A DNA stretch of 64,000 nt from an uncultured virus (IMG/VR IMGVR_UViG_3300033550_000001) (IMGVR_UViG_3300033550_000001); one strand, 5' to 3'; shown: positions 37,258 to 47,951, counted from the stretch's first letter. The notes: a model not told the origin generated them from the sequence alone. Made by a program: numbers and translations.

Positions 37258-40200
37258 ATGGCTGGCGTTCTCATCGGGACCGGCTTCGTCCGGATCGACG
37301 CCGACACGTCGCCGGCGATGAAGGCAGTCAAGGGCCTCGGGTCCATCGGTGCCTCGGCCCTGTCCACGGCGATCCTCCCCGTGACGGCGGCCGTGACGGC
37401 GGGTGTCGGCGCGATGACCGCGTCCCTGATGTCCGCCGGCGCGGCGGCGGGCGGCTTCGCGGCGGCCGTCGTCCCGCAGTTCCAGAAGATCACCGAGGCC
37501 GGGGAGAAGCTGGACGCGGCCGAGGAGGCGCAGGAGAAGGCGACCATCGCCAAGGCCAACGCGCAAAAGCTGGCCAAGGACATGGGCGTCAAGTACGGCC
37601 AGCAAATCAAGATCACGGCCGACATGTCTGCGGAGGCCAAGGCCAAGGCGCAGGAGTACAACCGGGCGCTGGGCGAGGTCACCACCACGACCAACACCGC
37701 CCGCCGGTCACAGGCCATCTACGACGAGAAGATGAAGGCCATGACCCCGGCCACCCGGGAGACGGCCAAGGCGTTCGAGGGCCTGAAGGACGACATCGAC
37801 AAGTGGTCGGACAGCCTGTCCGGCACCACCATGCCGATCTTCACCGCAGGCATCAACAAGCTGCGGGAGATGCTGCCCAAGCTGACCCCGTTCGTGCGCA
37901 TCGCCTCGCGCGAGATCAAGGAGTTCACCGCCTCGCTCGGCGAGGGCCAGGCCGGCCGTGTCTTCCGGGAGTTCGGCGCGAACCTCCAGGGCAACGCGGG
38001 CAGCGCGCTCGGCAACTTCCTGGAGTCGGTCAAGAACATCACCGTCGGCGTGGTCGGCATGGTCAACGCGTTCATGCCCGCGCAGTCCGAGGTGTCGGGC
38101 GGGCTGGTGGAGCTGACGCAGCGGTTCGCCGACTTCGGCGCGGGCCTCGGGAAGTCCGAGAGTTTCGCCCTGTTCATGGAGCGGGCGCGGGCGGCCGTCC
38201 CGGCCCTGTCCGAGTTCGGCTCGGCACTGGCGGACATCGCCTCGGCCGCCGGGCCGATGGGCGGGTTCGGCCTGCTCATGCTCCAGGTGTTCGCGCAGAT
38301 CGTCGCCGCCATTCCCACGCCGGTGCTGAAGCTGCTCGTCCCGGCGATCCTCGCCGTCAACGCGGCGCTGAAGCTGTACCGCATCTACCAGGCGGCTGCG
38401 ACGGCCGCCACGTGGCTGTTCCGCACGTCGGTCACCGCCGCCTCGGGAGCCGTCTACGCCAGCCGCGCCACGATGATCGCGCACCGGGTCACCCTCGTCG
38501 CCTCGGCGGCGGCCTCCCGGGCGGCAGCGGCGGCGACGTGGCTGCACACCACGGCGATGAGGGTGGGCCGCGCGGCCATGCTCGCCTTCCGCTACGCGAT
38601 GGTGGCGGTACGCCTGGCAGTCGTGCTGACCACGGCCGCCTTCCGCGTGCTGGCCGTGGCGATGATCTCCTCACCCATCGGCATCGTGATCGGCCTGCTC
38701 GTCGCCCTCGGCGCCGTGTTCGTGCTGCTGTGGAAGAAGTCGGAGACCTTCCGCAACATCGTCAAGGGCGCGCTGGGCGGTATCGCCGACGCGGCGCGGG
38801 CCGTCGGAGCGTGGTTCTCCGGGCCTTTCGTCAACTTCTTCACCGGCGCCTGGGACTGGCTGCGCGACAAGGTCTTCGGCCCCATAGGGCGGTTCTTCAC
38901 GCAGAAGCTGCCGGCCGCCGCCGGGGCCCTGCGCACGAAGGTGGAGATGGCCTGGCGGGTGATGGTGGCGAACGTGCTCGCCGTCTGGCTCGGCCTCAAA
39001 GACCAGGTGCTCTCACCCATCGGCCGGTTCTTCACCAAGACGATCCCCGGCTGGGCGGGCACGGCGCGCGACCGCGTGGTGGGCGCGTGGACCGGTCTGC
39101 GCGACCGGCTCGCCGGGGTCTACGAGTCCGTCCGCAACAGGGTCTTCGCACCCATCGGCGACTTTTTCACCCGGAGGATTCCGACCGGGGCGCGCAACGC
39201 GCGGGACAAGGTCACCGGCGCCTGGCGGAGCCTGCGCGACGGGCTCGCCGACGCCTACGGCTCCATCCGGTCCCGGGTCTTCTCGCCCATCGGCAACTTC
39301 TTCACCCGGACGATCCCCGGCTGGGCGCGGACCTTGCGCGACAAGGTGAAGGGGTATTTCCGGGAGATGCGTGACGGCATCGGCTCCATCTGGTCCGGCA
39401 TCCGCAGCAAGACGAAGGCGCCCGTGAACTGGGTGCTGGACAAGATCTGGAACAAGGGCCTGGTCAACATCTGGGGCAAGATCACCAGTTGGATCGGCCT
39501 GGACAACAGGCTGAAGCCGGTCAAACTGCTGGAGTCCGGCGGCACCGTGGGCCCGCGCGAGCCGATGGGTGTCTTCAACCGGCCGACCGCCATCGTCGGC
39601 GAGGGCAACACGACACGGCCCGAATACGTCATCCCGACGGACCCCCGGTACGGCTCGCGGGCGCGTGCGCTGTGGCAGGCGGCCGGACACCACCTCGGCA
39701 TCCCGATGATGGAGTCCGGCGGCATCCTCGGCTCCATCAAGGGCGCCATCGGCTCCGCGCTGGAGAAGGGCGCCAACTTCGGCAAGGGCGCGCTGGACTT
39801 CCTGAGCAACCCGGTCGGCAAGGCCAAGGATCTGCTGATGGGCCCGCTGAAGAGGATCACGGCGGCCATCGGCAAGAGCCCGTGGGCGCGCATGGCCGCG
39901 CGCATCCCGCGCATGGCCGTGGACGGCCTCATCCGCGCGGTGAGGTCGGTCGGCACGGACCTGCTCGGCTTCGGCGGCGGAGGCGGCAACGTGGACATCG
40001 GAGGGTCCGGCGTCAAGCGGTGGTCCGGCGTCGTCCAGCAGGCGCTCCGCCTCGTCGGCCAGCCGGCCGCGTACACCAACATCACCCTGCGCCGGATGAA
40101 CCAGGAGTCCGGGGGCAACCCCCGGGCGGTCAACCTCTGGGACATCAACGCCAAGCGCGGATACCCCTCGGTCGGCCTCATGCAGGTGATCCGCCCGACC

Positions 40201-40623
40201 TTCCAGGCGCACGCAGGCCGGTTCCGCAAGACCGGCCCGTTCATGTACGGCACGTCGATCAACCCGCTCGCCAACATCTACTCCTCGATGCGGTACGCGC
40301 TGTCGGCGTACGGCTCGCTGCCCCGGGCATACAACCGGCCCGGCGGCTACGCACTGGGCACCGACGGCTCCGCGCCGGGCTGGCACTGGACGGGCGAGCT
40401 GGGCCCGGAGCTGATGAAGCTGCCCGCCGGGACCCGCATCCGCAGCCACCGCGCCTCGCTGCGCCAGGCCGCCGCGCCCACCGGCGGGGGCGTGGTCCAC
40501 CTGACCGTGGAGAACCACGGGGTGATCGGCTCCCGCCGGGAGACGGAGGACTGGCTGGTGTCGTCCCTGGACCAGCTCCGCCGTAAAGGCCGTCTGCCCA
40601 AGGCGCTGGGAGGGACCGCCTGA
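37258..40623 (+). CDS. Tape measure protein with C-terminal lytic transglycosylase
   Basis: Long Ala-rich helical protein with W/F periodicity; QESGGNPRAVNLWD.N..GLMQVI. Confidence 0.92.
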   Translation: MAGVLIGTGFVRIDADTSPAMKAVKGLGSIGASALSTAILPVTAAVTAGVGAMTASLMSAGAAAGGFAAAVVPQFQKITEAGEKLDAAEEAQEKATIAKANAQKLAKDMGVKYGQQIKITADMSAEAKAKAQEYNRALGEVTTTTNTARRSQAIYDEKMKAMTPATRETAKAFEGLKDDIDKWSDSLSGTTMPIFTAGINKLREMLPKLTPFVRIASREIKEFTASLGEGQAGRVFREFGANLQGNAGSALGNFLESVKNITVGVVGMVNAFMPAQSEVSGGLVELTQRFADFGAGLGKSESFALFMERARAAVPALSEFGSALADIASAAGPMGGFGLLMLQVFAQIVAAIPTPVLKLLVPAILAVNAALKLYRIYQAAATAATWLFRTSVTAASGAVYASRATMIAHRVTLVASAAASRAAAAATWLHTTAMRVGRAAMLAFRYAMVAVRLAVVLTTAAFRVLAVAMISSPIGIVIGLLVALGAVFVLLWKKSETFRNIVKGALGGIADAARAVGAWFSGPFVNFFTGAWDWLRDKVFGPIGRFFTQKLPAAAGALRTKVEMAWRVMVANVLAVWLGLKDQVLSPIGRFFTKTIPGWAGTARDRVVGAWTGLRDRLAGVYESVRNRVFAPIGDFFTRRIPTGARNARDKVTGAWRSLRDGLADAYGSIRSRVFSPIGNFFTRTIPGWARTLRDKVKGYFREMRDGIGSIWSGIRSKTKAPVNWVLDKIWNKGLVNIWGKITSWIGLDNRLKPVKLLESGGTVGPREPMGVFNRPTAIVGEGNTTRPEYVIPTDPRYGSRARALWQAAGHHLGIPMMESGGILGSIKGAIGSALEKGANFGKGALDFLSNPVGKAKDLLMGPLKRITAAIGKSPWARMAARIPRMAVDGLIRAVRSVGTDLLGFGGGGGNVDIGGSGVKRWSGVVQQALRLVGQPAAYTNITLRRMNQESGGNPRAVNLWDINAKRGYPSVGLMQVIRPTFQAHAGRFRKTGPFMYGTSINPLANIYSSMRYALSAYGSLPRAYNRPGGYALGTDGSAPGWHWTGELGPELMKLPAGTRIRSHRASLRQAAAPTGGGVVHLTVENHGVIGSRRETEDWLVSSLDQLRRKGRLPKALGGTA

Positions 40624-43600
40624 TGCCTATCGCCTTCCGTTCCGCAGGCGCCTCGGTCAAGGCCAACATCGGTGTGTCGCCCACCTGGCAGGTGGTCCCC
40701 ATGCCCCCGGGCCATCAGGCCGGGGACCTGCTGCTGATCGTCCTCGCCTACGACAGCAACACCGGCCCCGCCACACCGGCCGGCTGGACGCTGCTGAGCA
40801 AGGCCAGCGCCGGGCAGACGCCGTCCGGGGCCAGTTACTCCCGGGTGCAGACGCGGGTCTACTACCGGGTGGCCACCAGCGGGTCGACCTCGGGTGCGCT
40901 GTTCACCTTCTCCCGGGAGCCGTGGCCGACGGGCAGCCCGTACGTGCTCGGGTTCGCGGTCGCCTACTCCGGGGTCGACCCGGCCGGGCCCATCGAGAAG
41001 TTCGCGGCCGTCGGCACCGCCGGCACGGCGTCCTCGCAGACGCACCCGCAGCTCACCACCGTGGCCGACGGGGACTGGCTGCTGACGCTGCGCACCGGCT
41101 CCGCCTGGGGCGCGCGGTCCACGACCATCGCCGGCGGCACCAACACCAAGCGGGTCGACGACAACGACGGCATGGGCGAACTGTTCGCCTCGCTGTACGA
41201 CTCCGACTCCACCATCACCCCCGGTGCGCAGGCGGTCCGCGCGACCTTCGCCACCGGCGGTGACGGCCTGTGCGCGGGCGGGTCCACGATGTGGTCCGTC
41301 GCCTTGAAGCCCGTCACCGTCGCCGCCTTCGCGCTGCCCGGCTCGGCCGCCGTGTCCGCGACGGCGAACAGCCCGACGGTGGTCACGCAGCCGGGTGGGT
41401 GGGACCTGTGCGGGGAGCAGGGTCTGCCCCGTTACCGGTTTGCCATCGACTGGAGCGGTGACGGGACCATCGGAGACACCGAGGCGGTGGGCGCGGCGTA
41501 CGCGGCTGACACCTTCGGCCGCAGCGTCACAGGCGGCTGGGGTACGGCCGACAGCGGTCAGGCGTGGTCGACGGGGTCCATCGCGTCCAACTTCTCCGTC
41601 AACGGCTCCGCCGGTGTGCACGCGGTGAGCACGCGCAGCGCGTCCCGCTTCTCCACCGTGCCCGCGTCCTCGCCGGACACGGACCTGCGCGTCACCTTCT
41701 CCGTCGACCAGACCGCCGCTTCGGACAGCATGTACGTGTACCTGATGGCCCGGCACACCGACGCGAACAACTTCTATTTCGTCCGTGTGCAAATGGCGTC
41801 CACGGGTGCCGTCGTCCCGACGCTGCGCAAGCGGGTGGGCGGCACAGAGGTCGTCCTTGCCACCGGGGCCACCGGGCTGACGCACGCCGCCGGGGCGGCC
41901 TACGCGGTGCGGCTGCGCGTGGCGGGCAACCGGCTGCTGGCCAAGGTGTGGCCCGCCGGGAGCGCGGAGCCCGGCTGGCAGGTGTCCGCCACGGACCCCG
42001 ATCTGACGGCCGCCGGGGCGGTCGGCGTGCGCACCCTTCTGGGCGGCAGCACGACCAACACGCTGCCGGTGACGTTCCTGTTCGACGATTTCACCGCGTC
42101 GTTCACGGCCGACACCGAGGACGTGACCGGGGACATCGTCTCGGACGTGTCGGTGAGCTACGGCCGCGACCAGGAACGGCAGCTCAGTCCGGCCGCCGTC
42201 GGCTCCGCCGGGTTCACCGTGAACAACACCAGCCGGCGCTACAGTCCGGAGAACACCGGCAGCCCGCTGTACGGGGACCTGGACCCGGCCCGGCTGATGG
42301 GCGGGTCGGTGACGTTCAACGGCCAGACGTACCCCCTGTTCACGGGCCGCACCGACGACTACAACGTGCACGCGGACTTCGCCGACCGCACGGCGGAGTT
42401 CACCTTTCTCGACGGTCTCAACGATCTGGCGGGCGTGAAGCTGTCGACGGCCGTCTACACGTCAATGCGCACGGGCGACCTCGTCCGCGCTGTGCTGGAC
42501 CTGGCCGGGTGGACCGGAGGGCGGGACATCGACCCGGGCGCCTCGGTGGTGCGGTACTGGTGGCTGGAGGGCACCGACGCGCTGAGCGCCATCAACGACC
42601 TGGTGAAGTCGGAGGGCCCGCCGGCCGTCGCCTACGTCGCCCCGGACGGGACGTTCGTCTTCCGGGACCGGCACCACCGGCTGCTGCGGCAGGCGTCGCT
42701 CACGTCCCGGGCGACGTTCACCGCCGGGCGGCTGGGGGACTGCGCGGCCGGGGCGCCCGCCGAGGGGTACGACTTCACCAAGCCGTTCACCTACGCCCAC
42801 GGCTGGCGGGACATCGTCAACGTGGTGGCGTTCGACGTGGAGGAGCGCAGCCCGGCGCCGGTGCTGGAGGCGGTGTGGTCCGACGAGTCGACGTACAGCC
42901 TCGCGCCGGGGCAGTCGGTGGACGTCGCGGTCAACGTCTCGGAGCCGTTCGTGGGCGCGGTGCTGCCGGTGCTGGGTACGGACGTCACCTACTTCAGCTC
43001 GGGCGGCGGGGTGCCGTCCCTCCAGCTCGACCGCCGCTCGGGCGCGTCGGCGACGCTGACGGTGCGCGCGGTGGGCGGGCCGCTGGAGGTGACACGGCTT
43101 CAGCTCCGGGCGCGGTCGCTGGGGGTGCAGCGCACGGTGCGGGTGTCGATGACCGACCCCGGCTCGGTCGGCCGCCACGGGGAGCGGTCCTACCCGGACA
43201 GCGCGCCGTGGGCCTCGCCGGCGGACGCGGAGGCCATCGCCGGGATGATCCTGCTGCACTACGCACGGCGGCGGCCCACGGTGCAACTCCGGATCACCTC
43301 CAGCGACCCCGCGCACTTCATGCAGGTGGTGCGACGCACCGTCAGCGACCGCGTCCGCATCGTCAACGAGGAGATGGGGCTGGACGCGGACTTCTTCGTG
43401 GAGCGGGTCGCGCACTCCATTCAGCGGTTCAACCGGGCGGGGCAGCCGCCGGTGCACTCGGTGGTCCTCGGCTGCGAGCGGGACCTGTTGGTCCCGGAGA
43501 ACGTGTTCACGTTCGACCAGCGCGGCGCGGGGTTCGACCAGGGCGTGTTCGACCTGACGGTGGCGGACGCGGCCGACGAGGTGTTCGTGTTCGACGACCC

Positions 43601-43640
43601 GGTCCAGGGTCAGTTCGACGTCGGGAAGTTGGGCACATGA
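40623..43640 (+). CDS. Minor tail/baseplate hub protein
   Basis: 1005 aa, beta-rich, directly after the tape measure. Confidence 0.8.
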   Translation: MPIAFRSAGASVKANIGVSPTWQVVPMPPGHQAGDLLLIVLAYDSNTGPATPAGWTLLSKASAGQTPSGASYSRVQTRVYYRVATSGSTSGALFTFSREPWPTGSPYVLGFAVAYSGVDPAGPIEKFAAVGTAGTASSQTHPQLTTVADGDWLLTLRTGSAWGARSTTIAGGTNTKRVDDNDGMGELFASLYDSDSTITPGAQAVRATFATGGDGLCAGGSTMWSVALKPVTVAAFALPGSAAVSATANSPTVVTQPGGWDLCGEQGLPRYRFAIDWSGDGTIGDTEAVGAAYAADTFGRSVTGGWGTADSGQAWSTGSIASNFSVNGSAGVHAVSTRSASRFSTVPASSPDTDLRVTFSVDQTAASDSMYVYLMARHTDANNFYFVRVQMASTGAVVPTLRKRVGGTEVVLATGATGLTHAAGAAYAVRLRVAGNRLLAKVWPAGSAEPGWQVSATDPDLTAAGAVGVRTLLGGSTTNTLPVTFLFDDFTASFTADTEDVTGDIVSDVSVSYGRDQERQLSPAAVGSAGFTVNNTSRRYSPENTGSPLYGDLDPARLMGGSVTFNGQTYPLFTGRTDDYNVHADFADRTAEFTFLDGLNDLAGVKLSTAVYTSMRTGDLVRAVLDLAGWTGGRDIDPGASVVRYWWLEGTDALSAINDLVKSEGPPAVAYVAPDGTFVFRDRHHRLLRQASLTSRATFTAGRLGDCAAGAPAEGYDFTKPFTYAHGWRDIVNVVAFDVEERSPAPVLEAVWSDESTYSLAPGQSVDVAVNVSEPFVGAVLPVLGTDVTYFSSGGGVPSLQLDRRSGASATLTVRAVGGPLEVTRLQLRARSLGVQRTVRVSMTDPGSVGRHGERSYPDSAPWASPADAEAIAGMILLHYARRRPTVQLRITSSDPAHFMQVVRRTVSDRVRIVNEEMGLDADFFVERVAHSIQRFNRAGQPPVHSVVLGCERDLLVPENVFTFDQRGAGFDQGVFDLTVADAADEVFVFDDPVQGQFDVGKLGT

Positions 43641-44038
43641 GGGAGGCAGCGATGGGGATGGAAGTGCCGCAGGAGCGGGTGGCGGTGGCGAGGGCGTACG
43701 TGTACGCGGGGGAGTGGGTGGCGGACTGCCCGCGCCCCGGGGCCGCGCCCGACCGGGCCGGCTGCGGCAATGCGGAGTTCCTGCTGCGGCCGTCGCGCAT
43801 GGGCGGGCCGAGGGACGCGGAGGTCGGGTTCTTCCTGTGCTCGTACTGCGGGATGCAGGCGCCGGTCTCGTGGCCGGACGACCGGCACGCCATCCTCGCG
43901 GTGCTGGCCCGCAGGCCGGTGCCGAACACGCGGAACTGGTACCCGACGGACCATCCGGTGGCGCTGCGTTTCGGCCTGCCCCACGGGCAGAGCGTGCGGG
44001 ATCTGGAGGCGGAGGGTGAGGCGCACGGTGTGCGCTGA
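43637..44038 (+). CDS. Hypothetical Cys-containing protein (alternative start 43652)
   Basis: ATGA overlap; WVADCP, CSYC, TRNW. Confidence 0.65.
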   Translation: MREAAMGMEVPQERVAVARAYVYAGEWVADCPRPGAAPDRAGCGNAEFLLRPSRMGGPRDAEVGFFLCSYCGMQAPVSWPDDRHAILAVLARRPVPNTRNWYPTDHPVALRFGLPHGQSVRDLEAEGEAHGVR

Positions 44039-44264
44039 GGGCGTGCCTGCGGCCCCTGGAGGGCTTCGGGAAACGTTAGGCGCTATAAGGGTTAAGGTCG
44101 AAAATCCGCAGGTGGGGGCACACAGCAAGATCAGGTACCGCCGGTACCGTGTTGTCAGGTTAACCGTGAAATTGGCCTCTCCTATACGTAATGGGGAGCA
44201 CACGGTACCGGGAGTACCGAAACTAATTCGTTTCGATAAGCGTCCTTTGGAGGTGGCCTGAACG

Positions 44265-44804
44265 ATGGCCTGGACCGCACCCATGACCGCCGTGGCCGGC
44301 GCGACGTTCAGCGCGAGCCAGTTCAACACCTTCGTCCGCGACAACCTGCTGGAGTGCCCCGCCGCCAAGGCGACGAGCGACGCCCAGTTCTTCGTCTCCA
44401 CCGGGCCCAACGCCCTCGCCGCGCGACAGCTCGCGCAGGACTCCGTACTCACCAGCCAGGGCACCACGTCGATGACCTACGCGGACCTCGCCACCGTCGG
44501 GCCCCGGGTGACCGTCCCCACCAGCAGCCGCGCGCTGGTCATGTTCTCCGCCGACCTCAACAACACCGTGAGCAACGGCGCCTCCACCGTGTCCGTCGGC
44601 GTCTCGGGCGCGTCCAGCATCGCCCCGTCCCCCGCCTGGCGCCTGGTCCGCGACGGCGCGGCGGCCGGCAACGTCTGGCGCATGGGCACGTCCCACCTGT
44701 TCGACACCCTGACCCCCGGCATCAACACCTTCACGATGAAGTACCTCGTCGGCTCGGGCTCCGGGACCTTCGGCAACCGCGAACTGATCGTCCTCCCCTT
44801 CTGA
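44265..44804 (+). CDS. Minor tail/fiber protein, paralog 1
   Basis: MAWTAPMTAVAG..QFNTFVRDNL; GGAGG SD. Confidence 0.75.
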   Translation: MAWTAPMTAVAGATFSASQFNTFVRDNLLECPAAKATSDAQFFVSTGPNALAARQLAQDSVLTSQGTTSMTYADLATVGPRVTVPTSSRALVMFSADLNNTVSNGASTVSVGVSGASSIAPSPAWRLVRDGAAAGNVWRMGTSHLFDTLTPGINTFTMKYLVGSGSGTFGNRELIVLPF

Positions 44805-44813
44805 GGTGACCCC

Positions 44814-45350
44814 ATGGCCTGGACCGCACCCATGACCGCCATCGCGGGCTCCGTCTTCACGGCGGCGCAGTTCAACACCTTCATCCGCGACAACCTCGCC
44901 GAGGTCGCGCCCGCCAAGGCGACCACCCCGGGGTCCTGGTTCACCACCGTCGCCACCAACCAGATCGTCGAACGCACCGCGAAGGTGGGCGTCGACCTGA
45001 GCAGCGGCACCACCACGTCCACGTCCTTCGGCGACCTGGACACCGGCCCCGGCCCGGCCGTCACCGTCGACACCAGCAACTGCGCCCTGATCCTGTTCTC
45101 CGCGTCCATGACGAACACCAGCGCGTCCTCGTCCCGCGTCGCGTTCGACATCAGCGGCGCCACGTCCATGTCCGCCTCCGACAACCGGGGCCTGGCCACC
45201 TTCGGCGCGGCCGGGGTCGGCCAGGTCGCCGGGAACGCGGTCTTCCACAGCGACCTGACCGCCGGGTCCAACACCTTCACGATGAAGTACCGGGTCGCCG
45301 GCGGGACCGGAACCTTCCTGTCCCGGCGCCTGCACGTCATGCCCTTCTAG
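44814..45350 (+). CDS. Minor tail/fiber protein, paralog 2
   Basis: Same N-terminus and NTFTMKY..LPF/MPF C-terminus as paralog 1. Confidence 0.75.
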   Translation: MAWTAPMTAIAGSVFTAAQFNTFIRDNLAEVAPAKATTPGSWFTTVATNQIVERTAKVGVDLSSGTTTSTSFGDLDTGPGPAVTVDTSNCALILFSASMTNTSASSSRVAFDISGATSMSASDNRGLATFGAAGVGQVAGNAVFHSDLTAGSNTFTMKYRVAGGTGTFLSRRLHVMPF

Positions 45351-45359
45351 GAGACGACC

Positions 45360-45842
45360 ATGCCAGCCGGCTACACCCCCGTCCGCGTCCACCACGACCA
45401 CGACACCGGTACGTGGTACGCCACCCTGTCCGGCCGCGAGAGCACCCCGCCCCGGCCCCTCGCGGCCACCGACCGCGAGAGCGCGCAGACCGAGGCTGCT
45501 GGTCTGCTCACGCGCGCCGGGCTCAGCCTCGTCTCCGCCTGGACCTACGGCGGTGACGACGAGGCGGGCGCGCACGCCGTGTTCGCCGAGGCCGGTTCGG
45601 GCGACGCCACCAAGGCGGGCCTGCTCGCCTTCTGGAAGGCCCACCGCGTGCTGCTGGCCAAGCTGAGCGTGGACGTCGCGGCGCTCCCCGCAGGCCAGCG
45701 CGCACTGCTGTTCAGTCAGGACGTCATGCTCATCGGGCTGGCCAAGACTCTCGTGGACAAGGGCGTGCTGTCGGACGACGACCTGACGGCGGCCGTCGGT
45801 GCCGTCGGGGCCGCCGACTTCTCCTGGCTGACCGGGCTGTGA
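45360..45842 (+). CDS. Hypothetical protein
   Basis: AGGAG SD; coupled to the next gene. Confidence 0.7.
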   Translation: MPAGYTPVRVHHDHDTGTWYATLSGRESTPPRPLAATDRESAQTEAAGLLTRAGLSLVSAWTYGGDDEAGAHAVFAEAGSGDATKAGLLAFWKAHRVLLAKLSVDVAALPAGQRALLFSQDVMLIGLAKTLVDKGVLSDDDLTAAVGAVGAADFSWLTGL

Positions 45843-46171
45843 CCCCCGTGGACGGCTTCGCCGCTTTCCTCACCCCGACCCTCGGCGCCGGCGGCGTCGT
45901 GCTGCTGGTCGTGCTGATGGTGCTGCGCGGGGCGCTGGTGCCCCGGTCCACCGTGGACCTCGTCGTGCAGGACAAGGACCGGCAGATCGACGTCTGGCGC
46001 TCCCTCGCCGACGGCCGCAAGGAGATGATCGACCTTCAGCAGTCCCAACTGGACCTGCTGATGGGTACGGCCGTGACCACCGAGCGCGTGCTGGACGCCG
46101 TCTCCGAGGCGGCCCGCGCCAACCGTGAGGGAGGGGGCGGCCGTGCGCTGGCGCCGACACAAGGCGAGTAG
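45839..46171 (+). CDS. Membrane protein (lysis cassette)
   Basis: One TM then RGALVPR and a coiled segment. Confidence 0.7.
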   Translation: MTPVDGFAAFLTPTLGAGGVVLLVVLMVLRGALVPRSTVDLVVQDKDRQIDVWRSLADGRKEMIDLQQSQLDLLMGTAVTTERVLDAVSEAARANREGGGGRALAPTQGE

Positions 46172-46364
46172 GGCCGAAGACGAGCGGGCGGCCGAGGACG
46201 TCCGCGCGGCGGAGGAAGCGCTGCACGACCTGGAAGGCGACCTCGCCCGCGCCCGGGAGCGCACGGCGGTGATTTCGGAGATTTCGCGTACCCTGCGGCG
46301 GCTGGGTGAACGCAACCACTTCGCCCCGCTGATCAAGGACGCACTTGGGGGCAAGTTCCAATGA
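46143..46364 (+). CDS. Small coiled-coil protein (lysis cassette)
   Basis: ERNHFAPLI motif; coupled to the next gene. Confidence 0.6.
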   Translation: MRWRRHKASRAEDERAAEDVRAAEEALHDLEGDLARARERTAVISEISRTLRRLGERNHFAPLIKDALGGKFQ

Positions 46365-46678
46365 CGACAGGGGAGACGGTGAACCTGTGGGGCAGCATCC
46401 TCGCCCTGTCGGGAAGCCTCACCTTCGTCGCCGTCTACTCCCTGCTGGCGCGCTGGTGGCGTGACTCCGTCGGCCGGCTGCTCGTCATCAAGGCTCTGGC
46501 CATCTCCGCGTTCATGGCCATCTCCATCTGCGTCACCCTGCTCCGGGCGGACATCGAGGTGCTGCGCACCGTGCGCGGGGTCCTCGCCGCCCTGTTTGGG
46601 GCGCTGATGCTCTACCAGGCATGGCTTGTCGGCCGTACGCAGATCAAGGGAGCGCGCCGTGACACAACCGGCACCTGA
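46361..46678 (+). CDS. Putative holin (3 TM)
   Basis: Three hydrophobic helices, WWRDSVGR; near the endolysin. Confidence 0.65.
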   Translation: MTTGETVNLWGSILALSGSLTFVAVYSLLARWWRDSVGRLLVIKALAISAFMAISICVTLLRADIEVLRTVRGVLAALFGALMLYQAWLVGRTQIKGARRDTTGT

Positions 46679-46949
46679 CACGTTCCGTCCGCAACTTCCC
46701 TCCGTCGGGCGGATCGTCCACTACGTCAGCCACGGCACGCCGGTCCGCGAGGACGGCAGCCAGGCATACACCGCGCAGTGCCGCGCGGCCATCATCACGG
46801 AGGTGGAAGACCCTGCCGGGGAGGCCGGCGGAGGGATCGTTTCGCTGGCCGTGTTCAACCCGACCGGACAATTCTTCAATCAAGGGGTCTCGCACGTCGA
46901 CCGCGAGCACATGGCGGGCGGCACCTGGCACTGGCCGGAGCGTGTGTGA
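46659..46949 (+). CDS. Hypothetical protein
   Basis: PSVGRIVHY..AAIIT..WHWPER, a recurrent phage family pattern. Confidence 0.7.
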   Translation: MTQPAPDTFRPQLPSVGRIVHYVSHGTPVREDGSQAYTAQCRAAIITEVEDPAGEAGGGIVSLAVFNPTGQFFNQGVSHVDREHMAGGTWHWPERV

Positions 46950-47938
46950 TGTCGACGACCCCGCTGACCGCAGACCAGTGGCTGCGCATCCTGCGCGCCG
47001 AAGGCGTGAAGGTCTCCGAGTACCCGGGCTGGCGCACCCGCTCGCGCGACTCCGCCACGGGCCTCACCTTCGGCCCGGTGCGGATGATCCTCAACCACCA
47101 CACGGCCGGCCGGAACTCCCGGGACATCGTCGCCAAGACAGGCGTCCCCGGCCTGCCCGCCCCGCTCGCACACATCCACCTCGCCAAGGACGGCACGGCC
47201 ACGATGTGCAGCGCGGGCCGCGCCAACCACGCCGGGCCGATGGCCGTCAACGCCTACCAGTCCTTCCGCGACGAGCTGTCGGCGCACCCCGCGCCGTCCC
47301 GCGCGTCGGGCACCATCGACGGCAACGACGTCAGCTACGGCGTGGAGACGGAGAACCTGGGCGACGGCACGGACGTCTACCCGCGCGCCCAGTACGACGC
47401 GTGGGTGCGGCTCGACGCGGCCGTGTGCCGCCACCACGGCTGGACGGCCGAGTCTGTCGGATGCCACAAGGAGACGAGCGTGGAGGGGAAGATCGACCCG
47501 AAGGGGCCGGTCGAGGGGTACGGCACGCGCGGCCGGTTCACCTTCACCCCGGACCAGTTCCGCCGGGACGTCGACGAGCGGCTGAAGCACGGGCCCGACT
47601 GGAGCCCCGGAGAGGAAGAGGACCCCATGGCAGGGATGACCAAGCAGGACATCTACAAGGCGGTGTGGGAGACGGACGCGATCACCGCGCCCACCAGCGC
47701 CGCCGACCGCAAGACGAACCCGACCTGGCAGCCGGCGAGCTACCTCAAGGACATCGGCAACCGGGTGCGGTCGATGGACAGCCGTCTCGCCGCGCAGTCC
47801 GCGACCATCGCGGAGCTGACCAAGACGGTCGCCGCCCTCGCCGCCAACCGGCAGGACATCGACGAGGACGCGCTGGTCGCCCGGATTCAGGCGGCCATCG
47901 AGTCCATAGACATCCGGCTTGAGACCGGCGCGAGCTGA
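46949..47938 (+). CDS. Endolysin, N-acetylmuramoyl-L-alanine amidase
   Basis: NHHTAG, GRANHAG, YGVETEN, GCHKE..KIDP. Confidence 0.9.
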   Translation: MSTTPLTADQWLRILRAEGVKVSEYPGWRTRSRDSATGLTFGPVRMILNHHTAGRNSRDIVAKTGVPGLPAPLAHIHLAKDGTATMCSAGRANHAGPMAVNAYQSFRDELSAHPAPSRASGTIDGNDVSYGVETENLGDGTDVYPRAQYDAWVRLDAAVCRHHGWTAESVGCHKETSVEGKIDPKGPVEGYGTRGRFTFTPDQFRRDVDERLKHGPDWSPGEEEDPMAGMTKQDIYKAVWETDAITAPTSAADRKTNPTWQPASYLKDIGNRVRSMDSRLAAQSATIAELTKTVAALAANRQDIDEDALVARIQAAIESIDIRLETGAS

Positions 47939-47951
47939 AGGCGGGCGGGCC

